A stretch of 64,000 nucleotides of DNA, taken from assembly GCF_001194135.2 (NCBI RefSeq), contig NC_068986.1, forward strand, positions 90,779,130 through 90,843,129. Direction: 5' to 3'. Numbering within the stretch: position 1 is the stretch's first letter; each line of letters begins with the position of its first letter. The DNA is from Octopus bimaculoides. Lineage: Eukaryota. This document shows positions 53,561 through 64,000 of this stretch, in pieces. The translations under genes and the position numbers were made by a program. Under the pieces are notes generated by a model. That model was not told the origin of the DNA. It saw only the letters and a list, made by a program, of their open reading frames with translations, and made no database searches.

Positions 53561-54578
53561 TTCATTCGACCTGCTAGACACAGCAGCCAAATCTCCCTAA
53601 AGTCATAGTTTATTGTCTTAAGAAAAGGCCACATTGGATATAATGGTATCATAAATAAACAAAGTCTGAATAAAAGATAGGGTAGTCGTGGCTGGAATAT
53701 ATGTTATAGGTCTGCGCGATTAAGGTCAATCTATGGATAAATAACGTAGTTTGTATACAAATCAGACGAATGTGTTGCACGGAGCAGAGGATCAATTATT
53801 CTGCAGTGTTATTAGAAATCGCAGTCCCATAGTTCTGTTCAAGCAAAAACCATCTTATATAAACATAACAGCAACTCTTAAGCTATACATATTACGATAA
53901 AACAACTAAAAATAAAAGAAAAAGAAGTAAAAAGAAAAAAAAATTAAATCTCTAACGCGATCCTTCTATTTACTAAAAATAGCCTATTCTTTCAAATCGC
54001 AACATGCCGTCTTACAGACATAGACCTGATCATAAGTTTGATCATTCAGAGATAGTTTGTGGCTAAACAACGAAATAGTATAATAAAAAGAAAAAAAAAG
54101 TTTTATTTTGCTCTCATTAACTTGGTATCTATTAGTTTTGACAACTTCAGAATACTTTTTTAATTCAATGGAAGGGATAATGCATTTTATTTATTCTTAT
54201 TTCCATAAAAGGTAATTACAAAGCCCTGCCTAGAAAACCTAAAGGTGGCTACAAAGCAGGTAAAGCACGGCTGATTAAAATGGAAATATACTTTTCAAAA
54301 TTTTACTTTAGTGAAAAAAAGAAAATTACAAATATATTTTTGTCATTCGGATGCATAAAAAATTTTGTTTCTGTGATTGTTTTTGGAGTCCCAAATAACA
54401 ATTAGCGTATAACAATCACTTTAATTACGAAAAGATTAGTTTTACACATGAAGAAAATAAGGTATAATAGTGTAACTGCGGGAATTAACACTTACGTGGA
54501 CTTATTTCGAGTGAAATACATTGACTACGTTCAATCAAGTTCTTACATAAAATACATTAAATTTATTTTAAATAAAAT

Positions 54579-54935
54579 GGTCCAGATGGACTATATGTAA
54601 TCTGAACCTTTCCCCCCTTGTTTTATTATTATTTTTTTTACGGAATCCCACGTTTTAGGCTATGGAGATTCCGATTCTGAAAAAANNNNNNNNNNNNNNN
54701 NNNNNNNNNNNNNNNNNNNNNNNNNNNNNNNNNNNNNNNNNNNNNNNNNNNNNNNNNNNNNNNNNNNNNNNNNNNNNNNNNNNNNNNNNNNNNNNNNNNN
54801 NNNNNNNAAATTGAGATTTTTGAAAAAAAATTTTCAGAATCGGAATCTCCATAGCCTAAAACGTGGGATTCCGTAAAAAAAAAATAATAAAACAAGGGGG
54901 GGAAAAGTTCAGATTACATATAGTCCATCTGGACC
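54579..54935. mobile_element. Long-TIR MITE with 8-bp TSD (Merlin-like)
   Basis: About 105-bp near-perfect inverted arms starting GGTCCAGATGG, flanked by an exact AATAAAAT duplication (54571-54578 and 54936-54943). The centre is an N gap. Confidence 0.85.
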
Positions 54936-55438
54936 AATAAAATATTTAAAAACAGAACACAAAGGTTTTTTTTTTAACTAGAGAACCAGAAGCGGTCTTT
55001 GGTGAGTTAATTATCAAAAGGATTAAAAATTTTTCTTTCTCAGTAATTATTACGATGACTCCAAATTCAGGCACGTTGTTGTTTAACTAAAAGATCGTCC
55101 TGATTGTGCAGACCAATCATCAAAGGGTTTCTGCTGTCACCATCTCGTTTCATTTAGGCTTAATGTACCTCGAACTACATTAACTACTGCGTCGTTCCGT
55201 TTTTTTTAAAGATGGGAGGATGCGAAGGGTGCGATTTGGCTGCTAATTGTAACAGGTCGAGTGCCCCGTTAGCAGTTTTAAATGTCCACAGTCAAAATAC
55301 AAAAAATCCTATGAATACATACGCCTCATCATTTACATGCATACTATGCTGTCTTATACTTATTTTCTTTTGTGTATGTATATGTATAAGTTTTGTAAAC
55401 AAACTCGGTTACTTAATAAACTATTTCCATTCACTCAC

Positions 55439-55566
55439 ACTTTGTTGCGCCACGACATGACTTTATTCGGATAACAGGCAATTTCGAATCGTTTCCCTCC
55501 TTTTTTCAAACGTACAACAGCAACATTGGTCAATCGTTTTTGGTTTGTAGGTGTAAATATCGACAT
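55439..55566 (-). CDS. SBDS: SBDS coding exon 1 (128 nt)
   Basis: ATG at 55566 reads [43 protein letters not shown], the recognisable SBDS N-terminus. Donor GT|GTGAGT, phase 2. Missed by the ORF track. Confidence 0.97.
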
Positions 55567-55789
55567 TTCTGCGGAAACTAATTTGACTTATATAAATAAG
55601 AAATTATTTTCATCCCAAGTGAACTCAACGACGTAAATATAAAACTACTTTTATATTCTCTAATACAAGAGAGTTCTACTTCCACTTGTTCACAAACCAA
55701 CAAGAAAATTTCTGTATGGTCGCACGATTTGCTAGAAATAGCAGCCAAATATTTTACTGTCCAAAAGGGGGAAGAACTCATTGGTTAAT

Positions 55790-56179
55790 GTCCTGTTGTT
55801 GGCACTCCATCGCTTACGACGTCGAGGGTTCCAGTCGATCCGATCAACGGAACAGCCTGCTCGTGAAATTAACGTGCAAGTGGCTGAGCATTCCACAGAC
55901 ACGTGTACCTTTAACATAGTTCTCGGGGATATTCAGCGTGACACAGTGTGGCAAGGCTGACCCTTTGAATTACAGGTACAAGAGAAACAGGAAGTAAGAG
56001 TGAGAGAAAGTTGTGGTGAAAGAGTACATCAGGGTTCGCTACGATCCCCTGTCGGAGCCTCGTGGAGCTTTTAGGTGTTTTCGCTCAATAAACACTCACA
56101 ACTCCCGGTCTGGGAATCGAAACCGCGATCCTATGACTGCTAGTCCGCTGCCCTAACCACTGGGCGATTGCGTCTCCAC
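55790..56179 (-). mobile_element. tRNA-derived SINE with conserved central domain, upstream of SBDS
   Basis: A box (CAGTGGTTAGGG) and B box (GGTTTCGATTCC). Central domain is shared with 48618-48920 (+) and about 16245-16540 (-). Confidence 0.8.
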
Positions 56180-56851
56180 TTAATGTCTTGTATGCTCTAA
56201 GTAAAGATTAATCATATATTGTATCTGGAATGTTATTGATGACAGTTTTACCCATAGAGAGCTGATTCGGAGTTAAACAAGAAAAACTAGGATGTATTGA
56301 TGAAGTCCACTCTAAAGAGTTTTAGTTTTTATTATAAGTCCCTTTATGTTTTGCCGTTTTTAAATACTAAATCGATCCAAGTACTTGATTGATAACTTAT
56401 TTTATCAAATCAAGAAGGACGGACGATAAATTTGACTCCAAAATGATTTGAACTCAGTAGCAGGTCTCTCCCCATTTTAAGCCTGGATTCTTTTTTCAGT
56501 CATCAGGTTTTAGTGATTAAGCTTCACATTAAGCGATGACGTCATTAAAAATCCAACCAACGATATCAAACGACATACCTCCCACATCCTGGATATTGCG
56601 ATAAATGGGAGAGTCACTGCTTCCATTGCCGAACAGAACAAAATCGGGACCTGTCAGTGAGCTATCTCTGTCGGGCTGGGTCGCTAACAACGAAGTCCTT
56701 GTCATCGTTGGCAGCTCGCCTTACTGAGATGTCAAGGGATGCTCGTCAGCCTCACCATCGATCGTGGTTGTACCGCGAGCGTGTTGGCTTGCTTCTGTAA
56801 GTTCTGTTGAACCTTGTGGTGTGCGACCAATTGAGGCACTAGGTGTTAAAT

Positions 56852-57068
56852 TACTCTTTTACTTTTTTACTTGTTTCAGTCATTTGACTGGCCATGCTGG
56901 AGCACCGCCTTTTACTCGAGCTAATCGAACCCAGGACTTATTCTTTGTAAGTCTAGTACTTATTCTATCGGTCTGTTTAGCCGAACCGCTAAGTTACGGG
57001 TACGTAAACACACCAGCATCGGTTGTCAAGCGATGTTGGGGGGGACAAACACAGACACACAAACATAT

Positions 57069-57147
<79 letters not shown>

Positions 57148-57308
57148 CGACGGGCTTCTTTCAGTTTCCGTCTACCAAATCCACTGACAAGGCTTTGGTC
57201 GGCCCGAGGCTATAGTAGAAGACACTTGCCCAAGGTGCCACGCAGTGGGACTGAACCCGGAACCATGAGGTTGGTAAGCAAGCTACTTACCACACAGCCA
57301 CTCCTGCA
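56852..57308 (-). mobile_element. tRNA-derived bipartite SINE with internal (TA)n
   Basis: Head TGGCTGTGTGGTAAG...GGTTCAGTCCC, CORE-like CCTTGGGCAAGTGTCTT, internal microsatellite, tail ending (AGTAAA)n. Related copies at about 8110-8540, 21950-22460, 27655-28010 and 34000-34210. Confidence 0.85.
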
Positions 57309-57994
57309 CCTTGTTTTTCTTTTTTCTTTCCTTTTCCTCTTCTTCCATTTTTATTTTTGGATATTGGACTTTACAGATACAGATGCAAATCAATTCTAAA
57401 GCTGTCTATGTTAAATCCATGGTTAAGATAAACTTATCGGATTTCGAAACTGAATAACGAAAAAATAAATAAAAGAAAGTCGAACAAATTATATATCAAA
57501 TTCGAGAGATTTGAACAAAAATTCTATCGAATCCAAAATAGTTGATTGAAAATCAGTCAAACTTTGATTAAGCTAAGTAAGTAAAAGTAAAATTCGTACC
57601 CGAGTCATATACACTCATAGGGCCGGTTTCCATGGCGTACATATATCCAAACTGGACGGGACGCTGGTCCGTCGCAGAATTATTCATCATCGTGACAACG
57701 GAGATTCTTAGTCATCTATTTGAGCTGTCATCCTGGGTCGTTTGCCTGGTCGTCTGTCTGTAAAAATGCGCGCCGAACATTTTTTGTAGGAGACTGGAAG
57801 CCAAATTCTAGAATGCTCAAGAAAAGCCTGCCCATTCCATCGCTTCACACTGATTGGTTAATAGGCCGATCACTTGAAACTATGGTGATTTGCTCGTGAT
57901 GTCTGACCGCGTATACAGGGATTCCGTTTCGAATCACCACTATAATGTCACTGACAAAAGAGAGATGAAGTCATGTGTTAAGATAGACCAGATA

Positions 57995-58238
57995 GAAGGC
58001 AGCGAGCTGGCAGAGACGTTAGCACGCCAGGCGAAATGCTTAGCGGTATTTCGTCTGTCTTTACGTTCTGAGTTCAAATTCCGCCGAGGTCGACTTTGCC
58101 TTTCATCCTTTCGGGGTCGATTAAATAAGTACCAGTTACGCACTGGGGTCGATATAATCGACTTAATCCATTTGTCTGTCCTTGTTTGTCCCCTCTGTGT
58201 GTAGCCCCTTGTGGGCAGTAAAGAAATAAGAAATAAGA
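57995..58238 (+). mobile_element. tRNA-derived SINE (GAAGGC family)
   Basis: GAGCTGGCAGA A-box-like, GAGTTCAAATTCC B box, (AAGAAAT)n tail. A degenerate reverse copy lies at about 41750-41980. Confidence 0.75.
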
Positions 58239-59084
58239 TAGACCAGGTTCAATAGATATTTTTCGATAAATAGATTGCAACACCCAATGATCAAATTGCT
58301 ACTAACTAAAAAGTCAACCAAAGAAGAGAACACTCCTACTCATTCATTTACCGCCCCACCCCCGTTTCGTTCTCTCTAAATCTCTAATTCATCTATACAC
58401 AATTATGCTAGCTGTCCGATTAGATAAATTACCAAGGCGACAACTTTCTCTGTAGAATTGTTAATATTGGGACAGTCGTGTTCCAGTTTGCGTTCCTTTA
58501 TGGGTAATTCATTTTGCCGATATATCTTTCAAAGCTAACTCTCCAGTGTAAAATGGTCCGTATTTACTCATCTAAACACAATGTTCAAATACACACACAC
58601 ACACACACACACACAATATTTCTCACTCCTCACATACTCCACTATACTGTATGTTCCAACTTACACAAGTTGTCAGCTAGAAACTGCAAACAACACATTC
58701 TCAGTTAAGCATATACATACGGTTACACACACCCATGCACACGCCCCCCCCTCCACACACACACGTACGCACGCACGCACGTACGCACACTACACACATT
58801 TATGAACAAGACACAAATCATTTGGCATTCTTTCGTTTTCACCCATTTGGCATTAAAGAACTTCGTTACATATTTGTTGCTATGAATTTTTTGTACAGAA
58901 TAACAAGTATCTACTATAATAATACTCTTGTGTCTTTCTTCGTGATGCCATATGAATGAATAAAGAAGGAAGGCAAACTTGGTAGTGAGATGATGGAAGT
59001 TCTACAGTGAAAAAAAGATCAAACAGCGTTTCAACTCTGCGTGAGTATATGCGTGTGCATGTAAAAGGGAATCATTTGAATATT

Positions 59085-59125
<41 letters not shown>

Positions 59126-59821
59126 AATGGAAGTGGAATGGTGAACAATCAACGCTGAAAAGAAAAATTCAACAGCATTTCAACTCAGTGTAAGTATGTG
59201 TATGTGTGTGTGTGTATACAACGGAAGTATGTCAATGCTTGTATCTATGATCATTTTGTAACTTATCTTGATAATACTAAAACTCTAGAGATGTTTGTGT
59301 GTATCCCACATATCTCAGAAATAGTATATTTTATCATAATTTTTTTTTGTATATTTTTTTATACTTACTTTCGGCAGTGCAGTACAAATATTTGTGATAT
59401 TTGGGACTCTATCTATTAAGGAAAGCGATTAAACACAATTTTTGTTTGTTATTTCTTTACGAAAACAAAAAAAACATCGCTGCCGTGACGTCAACACACA
59501 TACGAACATACAGAATACATACACTTATAATGAATGTCATGGCGTGTCAATTAACACAAACACACGTCCGCTATCTGTGACACATACACACATATAGTCT
59601 TCGCCTCTCTAAAGATAAAGAAACGTCGACTTTTTGACGTACACAATATTTTCATTATTTAGAAATATTTTTAACTGAATGTAATTTCAAAAATGTAAGT
59701 TATTTGTACAGTCAGTATTTATATTTTAGCTTTCTTTAAACAGACTGATTATGTCCCGTATTATGACGACGCATTTCGTCGTCTGCATGACTGTCCCGAA
59801 CAGCATACCTCCCTGACTGTA

Positions 59822-61432
59822 ATTCTTTATTTGGCACCTAGGCCATAACATAGAGGGAAGAGCACAAGGACAGACGGAACGCCACAGCGGGGACAAAAAC
59901 ATAAAAACGAATGAAAAATGAAAGATGTATAAAAATGATAAAATTAATGATAGTGAAATGGCTGCGTTGAGCCCCACTCTCAAGCAGTACCATTTAACAG
60001 TTAATTTATACAATTAACAAATCTTTCTTACACTCTCTTTTTCCCTTTCAGCATGGTTTTTTTAATATTTTTGAAAGTCTATTTTTCTTTTTTTTTTCTT
60101 TTAAATAAATTCCACTCACTTTACTCTTTTTAACAGTTCATTAAGGGTTTCAAATCCTCATACTCCACGACGTGCGAGTCGTTCCACTTGGTTCCTATCT
60201 TGGTACATCAAAATAACATAATTAATCTTTTTTAACCCCCCCCCATCGCGTTGCAATGATGTTTCCGCCTCCACTCCACTTTCCATTGTTGATTCTGCTG
60301 GTGTCTCAAACTTGTTCCCTTTCTCTTCCATCTTTCTCCTTCATCCTTTTCTGGCTCTCTGGTAGAGAGCTTACCCTCTCTTTCCTTTTCCTCTTATTCA
60401 CTACAGTGAATGATTCCTCCACTCTATCTTTCTCTCCTTCCAGCACCACCACTTCGGTACTCTGTTCTTCACTCTGTTGTTTCTGCTCCTCTTCGTTTTC
60501 TTTCTGGGGGCACCTCGTCTTCATTGTACCCCTTTTGATCACATAAGAAACATGTTGGTGGTCTTCCTTCTGCCACTAATTTTTGTCTGACGTCTTCTGA
60601 GAGAATAATTTCCTCTGTAATCTCGTACAAGTCTTTTAGGCTCACTAGTATGGCCATCTCGAGGTCATACTCCCACCAATTAACCTTTTTGATTCTCGTA
60701 ATCTTCATGATTTTCACTTCATCCTCCATTCTGTGCATGACTGCTGCTACCAGCCATGCTTCCTTAATCTCGAGGGATACTCTGCCAATTCTTACATTGG
60801 CGACGCGTTTTCTAAAGTAAGTCGGCAGAAGTACCCATTCCTGTGTTCTTATCGGCACAGTGGAGTGGTTTATTGCATCTTCTTCGTTGCCAAACCTTAC
60901 TTCTACTGTGTCGTACTTCCTTCCACGCGTATAAAATGTGGCAAGCCTCTTTACGTCCTTGAGGCACTCTTCTATTGCCTCTATTGGGGCAACCTCTGTC
61001 TTTTTAGAGGACGTGGACAGCGTTCTGTGCATTGTTAGTCAATTCTTCCGGTGGAGTCAGCCTCAAACTGGCTCCTTCCCTTTCTATTAATTTACTGCCC
61101 CCCTTCCACTTTCTGGGCTCTATCTTAATTTCTCGTACTTACAGGACGTTGGTAGATACTCCTTTAATCGTGGCTGATGGGTAACTTCCAGCTGGTTCAT
61201 TTTCCATCTCTCCTCTCTTCTTCACTTCACCCATAATTGAGGAAGAAAACAAAAAGAGGCAAAAACAGCAACAATAGTTCAAAATTCAACAAATTTAATA
61301 GATCCTAGGGTTCACCCACACGTGGAGACCTTCAACAAGTATAACAAACAAACAGCTTACTCCAGAATCACAAGTGATTTAATCAAAAATACTACCAACG
61401 CGAAAAAAAATACTCGCTGACTGACACTAATT
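59822..61432 (-). mobile_element. ORF1-only (gag zinc-knuckle) non-LTR retroposon, near full length, frameshifted
   Basis: T-rich 5' UTR, ATG at 61234, ORF1 with degenerate knuckle CFLCDQKG-x-MKTRC (60510-60552), acidic/basic linker, 3' UTR with AATAAA at 59826-59831. No ORF2. Confidence 0.75.
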
Positions 61433-61644
61433 ACTGAGTCTGTCCACTATTTGTTAGTAGCGGACCAGCCCACTTCTCACCAGGGGGCGTCCACCACAAC
61501 ACCTCCCGCCTTTGAGATTTTTCTCTTCTTTCAGCACATTATATTTTCTTTTTTATTTCTTTTTCTTCTAACCAGAATTATTTTTGTCTTCCTATTTAGA
61601 TTTTTCTTGTTTCACACAGAATTTCATATCTTATTCTTTTCAAC

Positions 61645-61864
61645 ATGCCACGGGTAGTACCAGTCTACATTCTTTACTGGTAGCGCTACTACATATAGCA
61701 ACCTGACTTAAATCTTTCGCACGGACTTATTATTATTAGTATTTTTGTTCCACAGAGAACCATTTTGTTTTTCTTCAAAATGCCGCCGGTAGTACCGGTC
61801 TACATTGTTTACTGGTAGCGCTACTACATATAGCAACCTGACTTAAGTCCTTCGAACGGACTTA
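61645..61864. repeat. Direct duplication of an about 85-bp CpG-rich unit
   Basis: ATGCC..GGTAGTACC-GTCTACATT-TTTACTGGTAGCGCTACTACATATAGCAACCTGACTTAA-TC-TTCG-ACGGACTTAT at about 61645 and about 61780. Confidence 0.9.
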
Positions 61865-62062
61865 TATAATTTTTCACTTTGTGTAGTTCAGTTCTGTATT
61901 AGAGTTCTAGTTTTATCAGACATTTTTTCTTCAGAATCTTTTTTCATATATATTTTTCACTGTGTGTATATTGCTTTTCAGTGTATGAAGTTCAATTCCG
62001 TGTTAGAATTTCAATTTTATCTGACATTTTTTTTCTTCAGAATACTTTTTTTCCTTCAGTAT

Positions 62063-62093
<31 letters not shown>

Positions 62094-62455
62094 NNNNNNN
62101 NNNNNNNNNNNNNNNNNNNNNNNNNNNNNNNNNNNNNNNNNNNNNNNNNNNNNNNNNNNNNNNNNNNNNNNNNNNNNNNNNNNNNNNNNNNNNNNNNNNN
62201 NNNNNNNNNNNNNNNNNNNNNNNNNNNNNNNNNNNNNNNNNNNNNNNNNNNNNNNNNNNNNNNNNNNNNNNNNNNNNNNNNNNNNNNNNNNNNNNNNNNN
62301 NNNNNNNNNNNNNNNNNNNNNNNNNNNNNNNNNNNNNNNNNNNNNNNNNNNNNNNNNNNNNNNNNNNNNNNNNNNNNNNNNNNNNNNNNNNNNNNNNNNN
62401 NNNNNNNNNNNNNNNNNNNNNNNNNNNNNNNNNNNNNNNNNNNNNNNNNNNNNNN

Positions 62456-64000
62456 AGTGGGGACAAAAAGCATAAAACGAATGAAAAATAAAAGATGTAT
62501 AATGAAATCGAGGGTGATGAAATGGCTGCATGTGCCCCACTCACATGCAGTACCATTTAAACGTTCTTAACTTTTTCTTTTTCTTTTTCCTGTTTTTTTT
62601 CACAATTAGCATTATTTTATTTATTCTTTTTTCCCTTTTTTTTACAAACAATTTATCTCTCTTTTAAAAAAAAAAATCTTATGTATGGCTCTAGTTCACT
62701 TAATTCTACTACTGGCGGCAGTTCGTCGAACTCCACCTCAAATTCCAGCTGCTCAATTTGACACCTTTCCTTCAACTTTTTATATTTTTCTTTATCGATT
62801 GAAATAGCTTTTACATTTTCACCATACATCTCCTTGGGCAACTTAACTCTTATAATGGATTTAAGCTTGGTTATCACTTTTTCGGCATTTACGCTTTTAA
62901 CATATGTCACGAAATTCCAACTATGTTTTCTCGGCCTTCTTGTTTATTTGCTATGTTCCACTCTTGGCGTCACCGCTTCTATCCTGATTAGTATTGCTGT
63001 TTCTTCTCGTTGCTATCCTGAAAAATTCTCTAGTGTGCTTGCTTCTATCTCCTCCTCTACCATAACCTCCTTCTAAACCTCCCGTTCTACCTCTTTCTCA
63101 ACCTCTTTTTCAACGTCCTTTACGACTTCCTTCTCCACCTCTTTATCTGCTTCTTTTTTCTTTTTCTGAGGGGACAGCACAAGGACAGACAGAACACCAC
63201 AATGGAGACAAAAAACAAAAAAACGAATGGAAAATGGAAAATGTTCACAGTTATGTGAAGGGCCGTCTCGATTCCGTATCTCCATCAGTTCACTCTTTTC
63301 GTTCTTGTTACTCTCAGGATTTTCGCATCCTCCTCCATATTGTTCATTACTGCGGCAACCAACCATGTTTCATCCAAATCTGATGGCACTTTTCCCACCC
63401 TTACTCTTACAACTCGTTTGCCACAGTATGTTTGTAGGAGTACCCACTCTTCTCTTTTTATGGTATCAATGGAGTGTTTGCGAATCGCACCTCCACTGTG
63501 CCACATCTTCTTCCTCTTGTAATAAATGTGGTGACCTTTTTGACCTCTTTTAAACACTTCTCAATCTCTTCTATCGTAGCTATTTCGATTTTGCTTGTCG
63601 ATACCTTCAGTGTTTTGTATATCACTGTCCTTTTTTAAACTCCATTCGTTAAGTCAACTGGGAGCGTCAATTTAAGGTTGTGGCCTTCCTTTTCCAATAG
63701 CCTGCCACTTTCTTTCAGCTTTCTTGGCTTCTCGAACTTCCAAAGCTTCTACTTCTATCCTTCTGCCAGTTGCAGCCGCATAACTGTGGCTATTTGCTGG
63801 TCCAGTTTCCATTTCACTTCTTCTCTCCGGCTCTCCCATAAATGGAGGGGAAAAAAACACAATTCAACAAAAACTCGGAATTAAAACAGCAATTTCAACA
63901 AGAAACAAACGTGGTACATCCACGAGGGGACACCTTTAACAATTATAACAATATCACCACTTACTTCAACGTAAAAAACACACTGCTACAACGAAAAAAA
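62456..64000 (-). mobile_element. Second ORF1-only retroposon, internally rearranged
   Basis: ATG at 63839 (MGEPERRSEME versus MGEVKKRGEME). The central region aligns with ORF 60469..61032. Same 5' and 3' UTR motifs. The 3' end lies in the gap and the 5' end runs off the window. Confidence 0.75.

Noticed and set aside
55790-58238. tRNA-like heads with A and B boxes
   Set aside because: These are SINE 5' regions without a complete cloverleaf; no genuine tRNA gene is supported.
1175-62556. Long ORFs full of X or (YI)n/(HT)n/(CV)n runs
   Set aside because: Artefacts of N gaps and dinucleotide microsatellites.

Overview
AT-rich, repeat-dense eukaryotic genomic scaffold with N gaps. The SINE/LINE content resembles an octopus (coleoid cephalopod) assembly; this is an inference from repeat recognition. 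Two spliced minus-strand genes were reconstructed by hand, all introns GT-AG with matching phases. (1) SBDS, ribosome maturation factor, 252 aa, six coding exons over 39589-55566, carrying one intron more than human SBDS. (2) An unnamed 339-aa type I membrane protein, five coding exons over 6267-32521: signal peptide, a single EMI-like cysteine domain as essentially the whole ectodomain, one TM helix, and a tyrosine-free Pro/acidic tail. A weak C1orf109/AIRIM-like exon candidate lies antisense inside its 18-kb intron. The rest is mostly transposable elements: mariner and Tc1-type relics, hAT (Buster-type) MITEs, a young Merlin-like MITE, RTE LINE fragments and several SINE families. Most notable among these are four diverged copies of a gag/zinc-knuckle ORF1-only retroposon that share a 3' UTR and have no room for a reverse transcriptase (HAL1-like). 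All homology calls are by eye; no searches were run.
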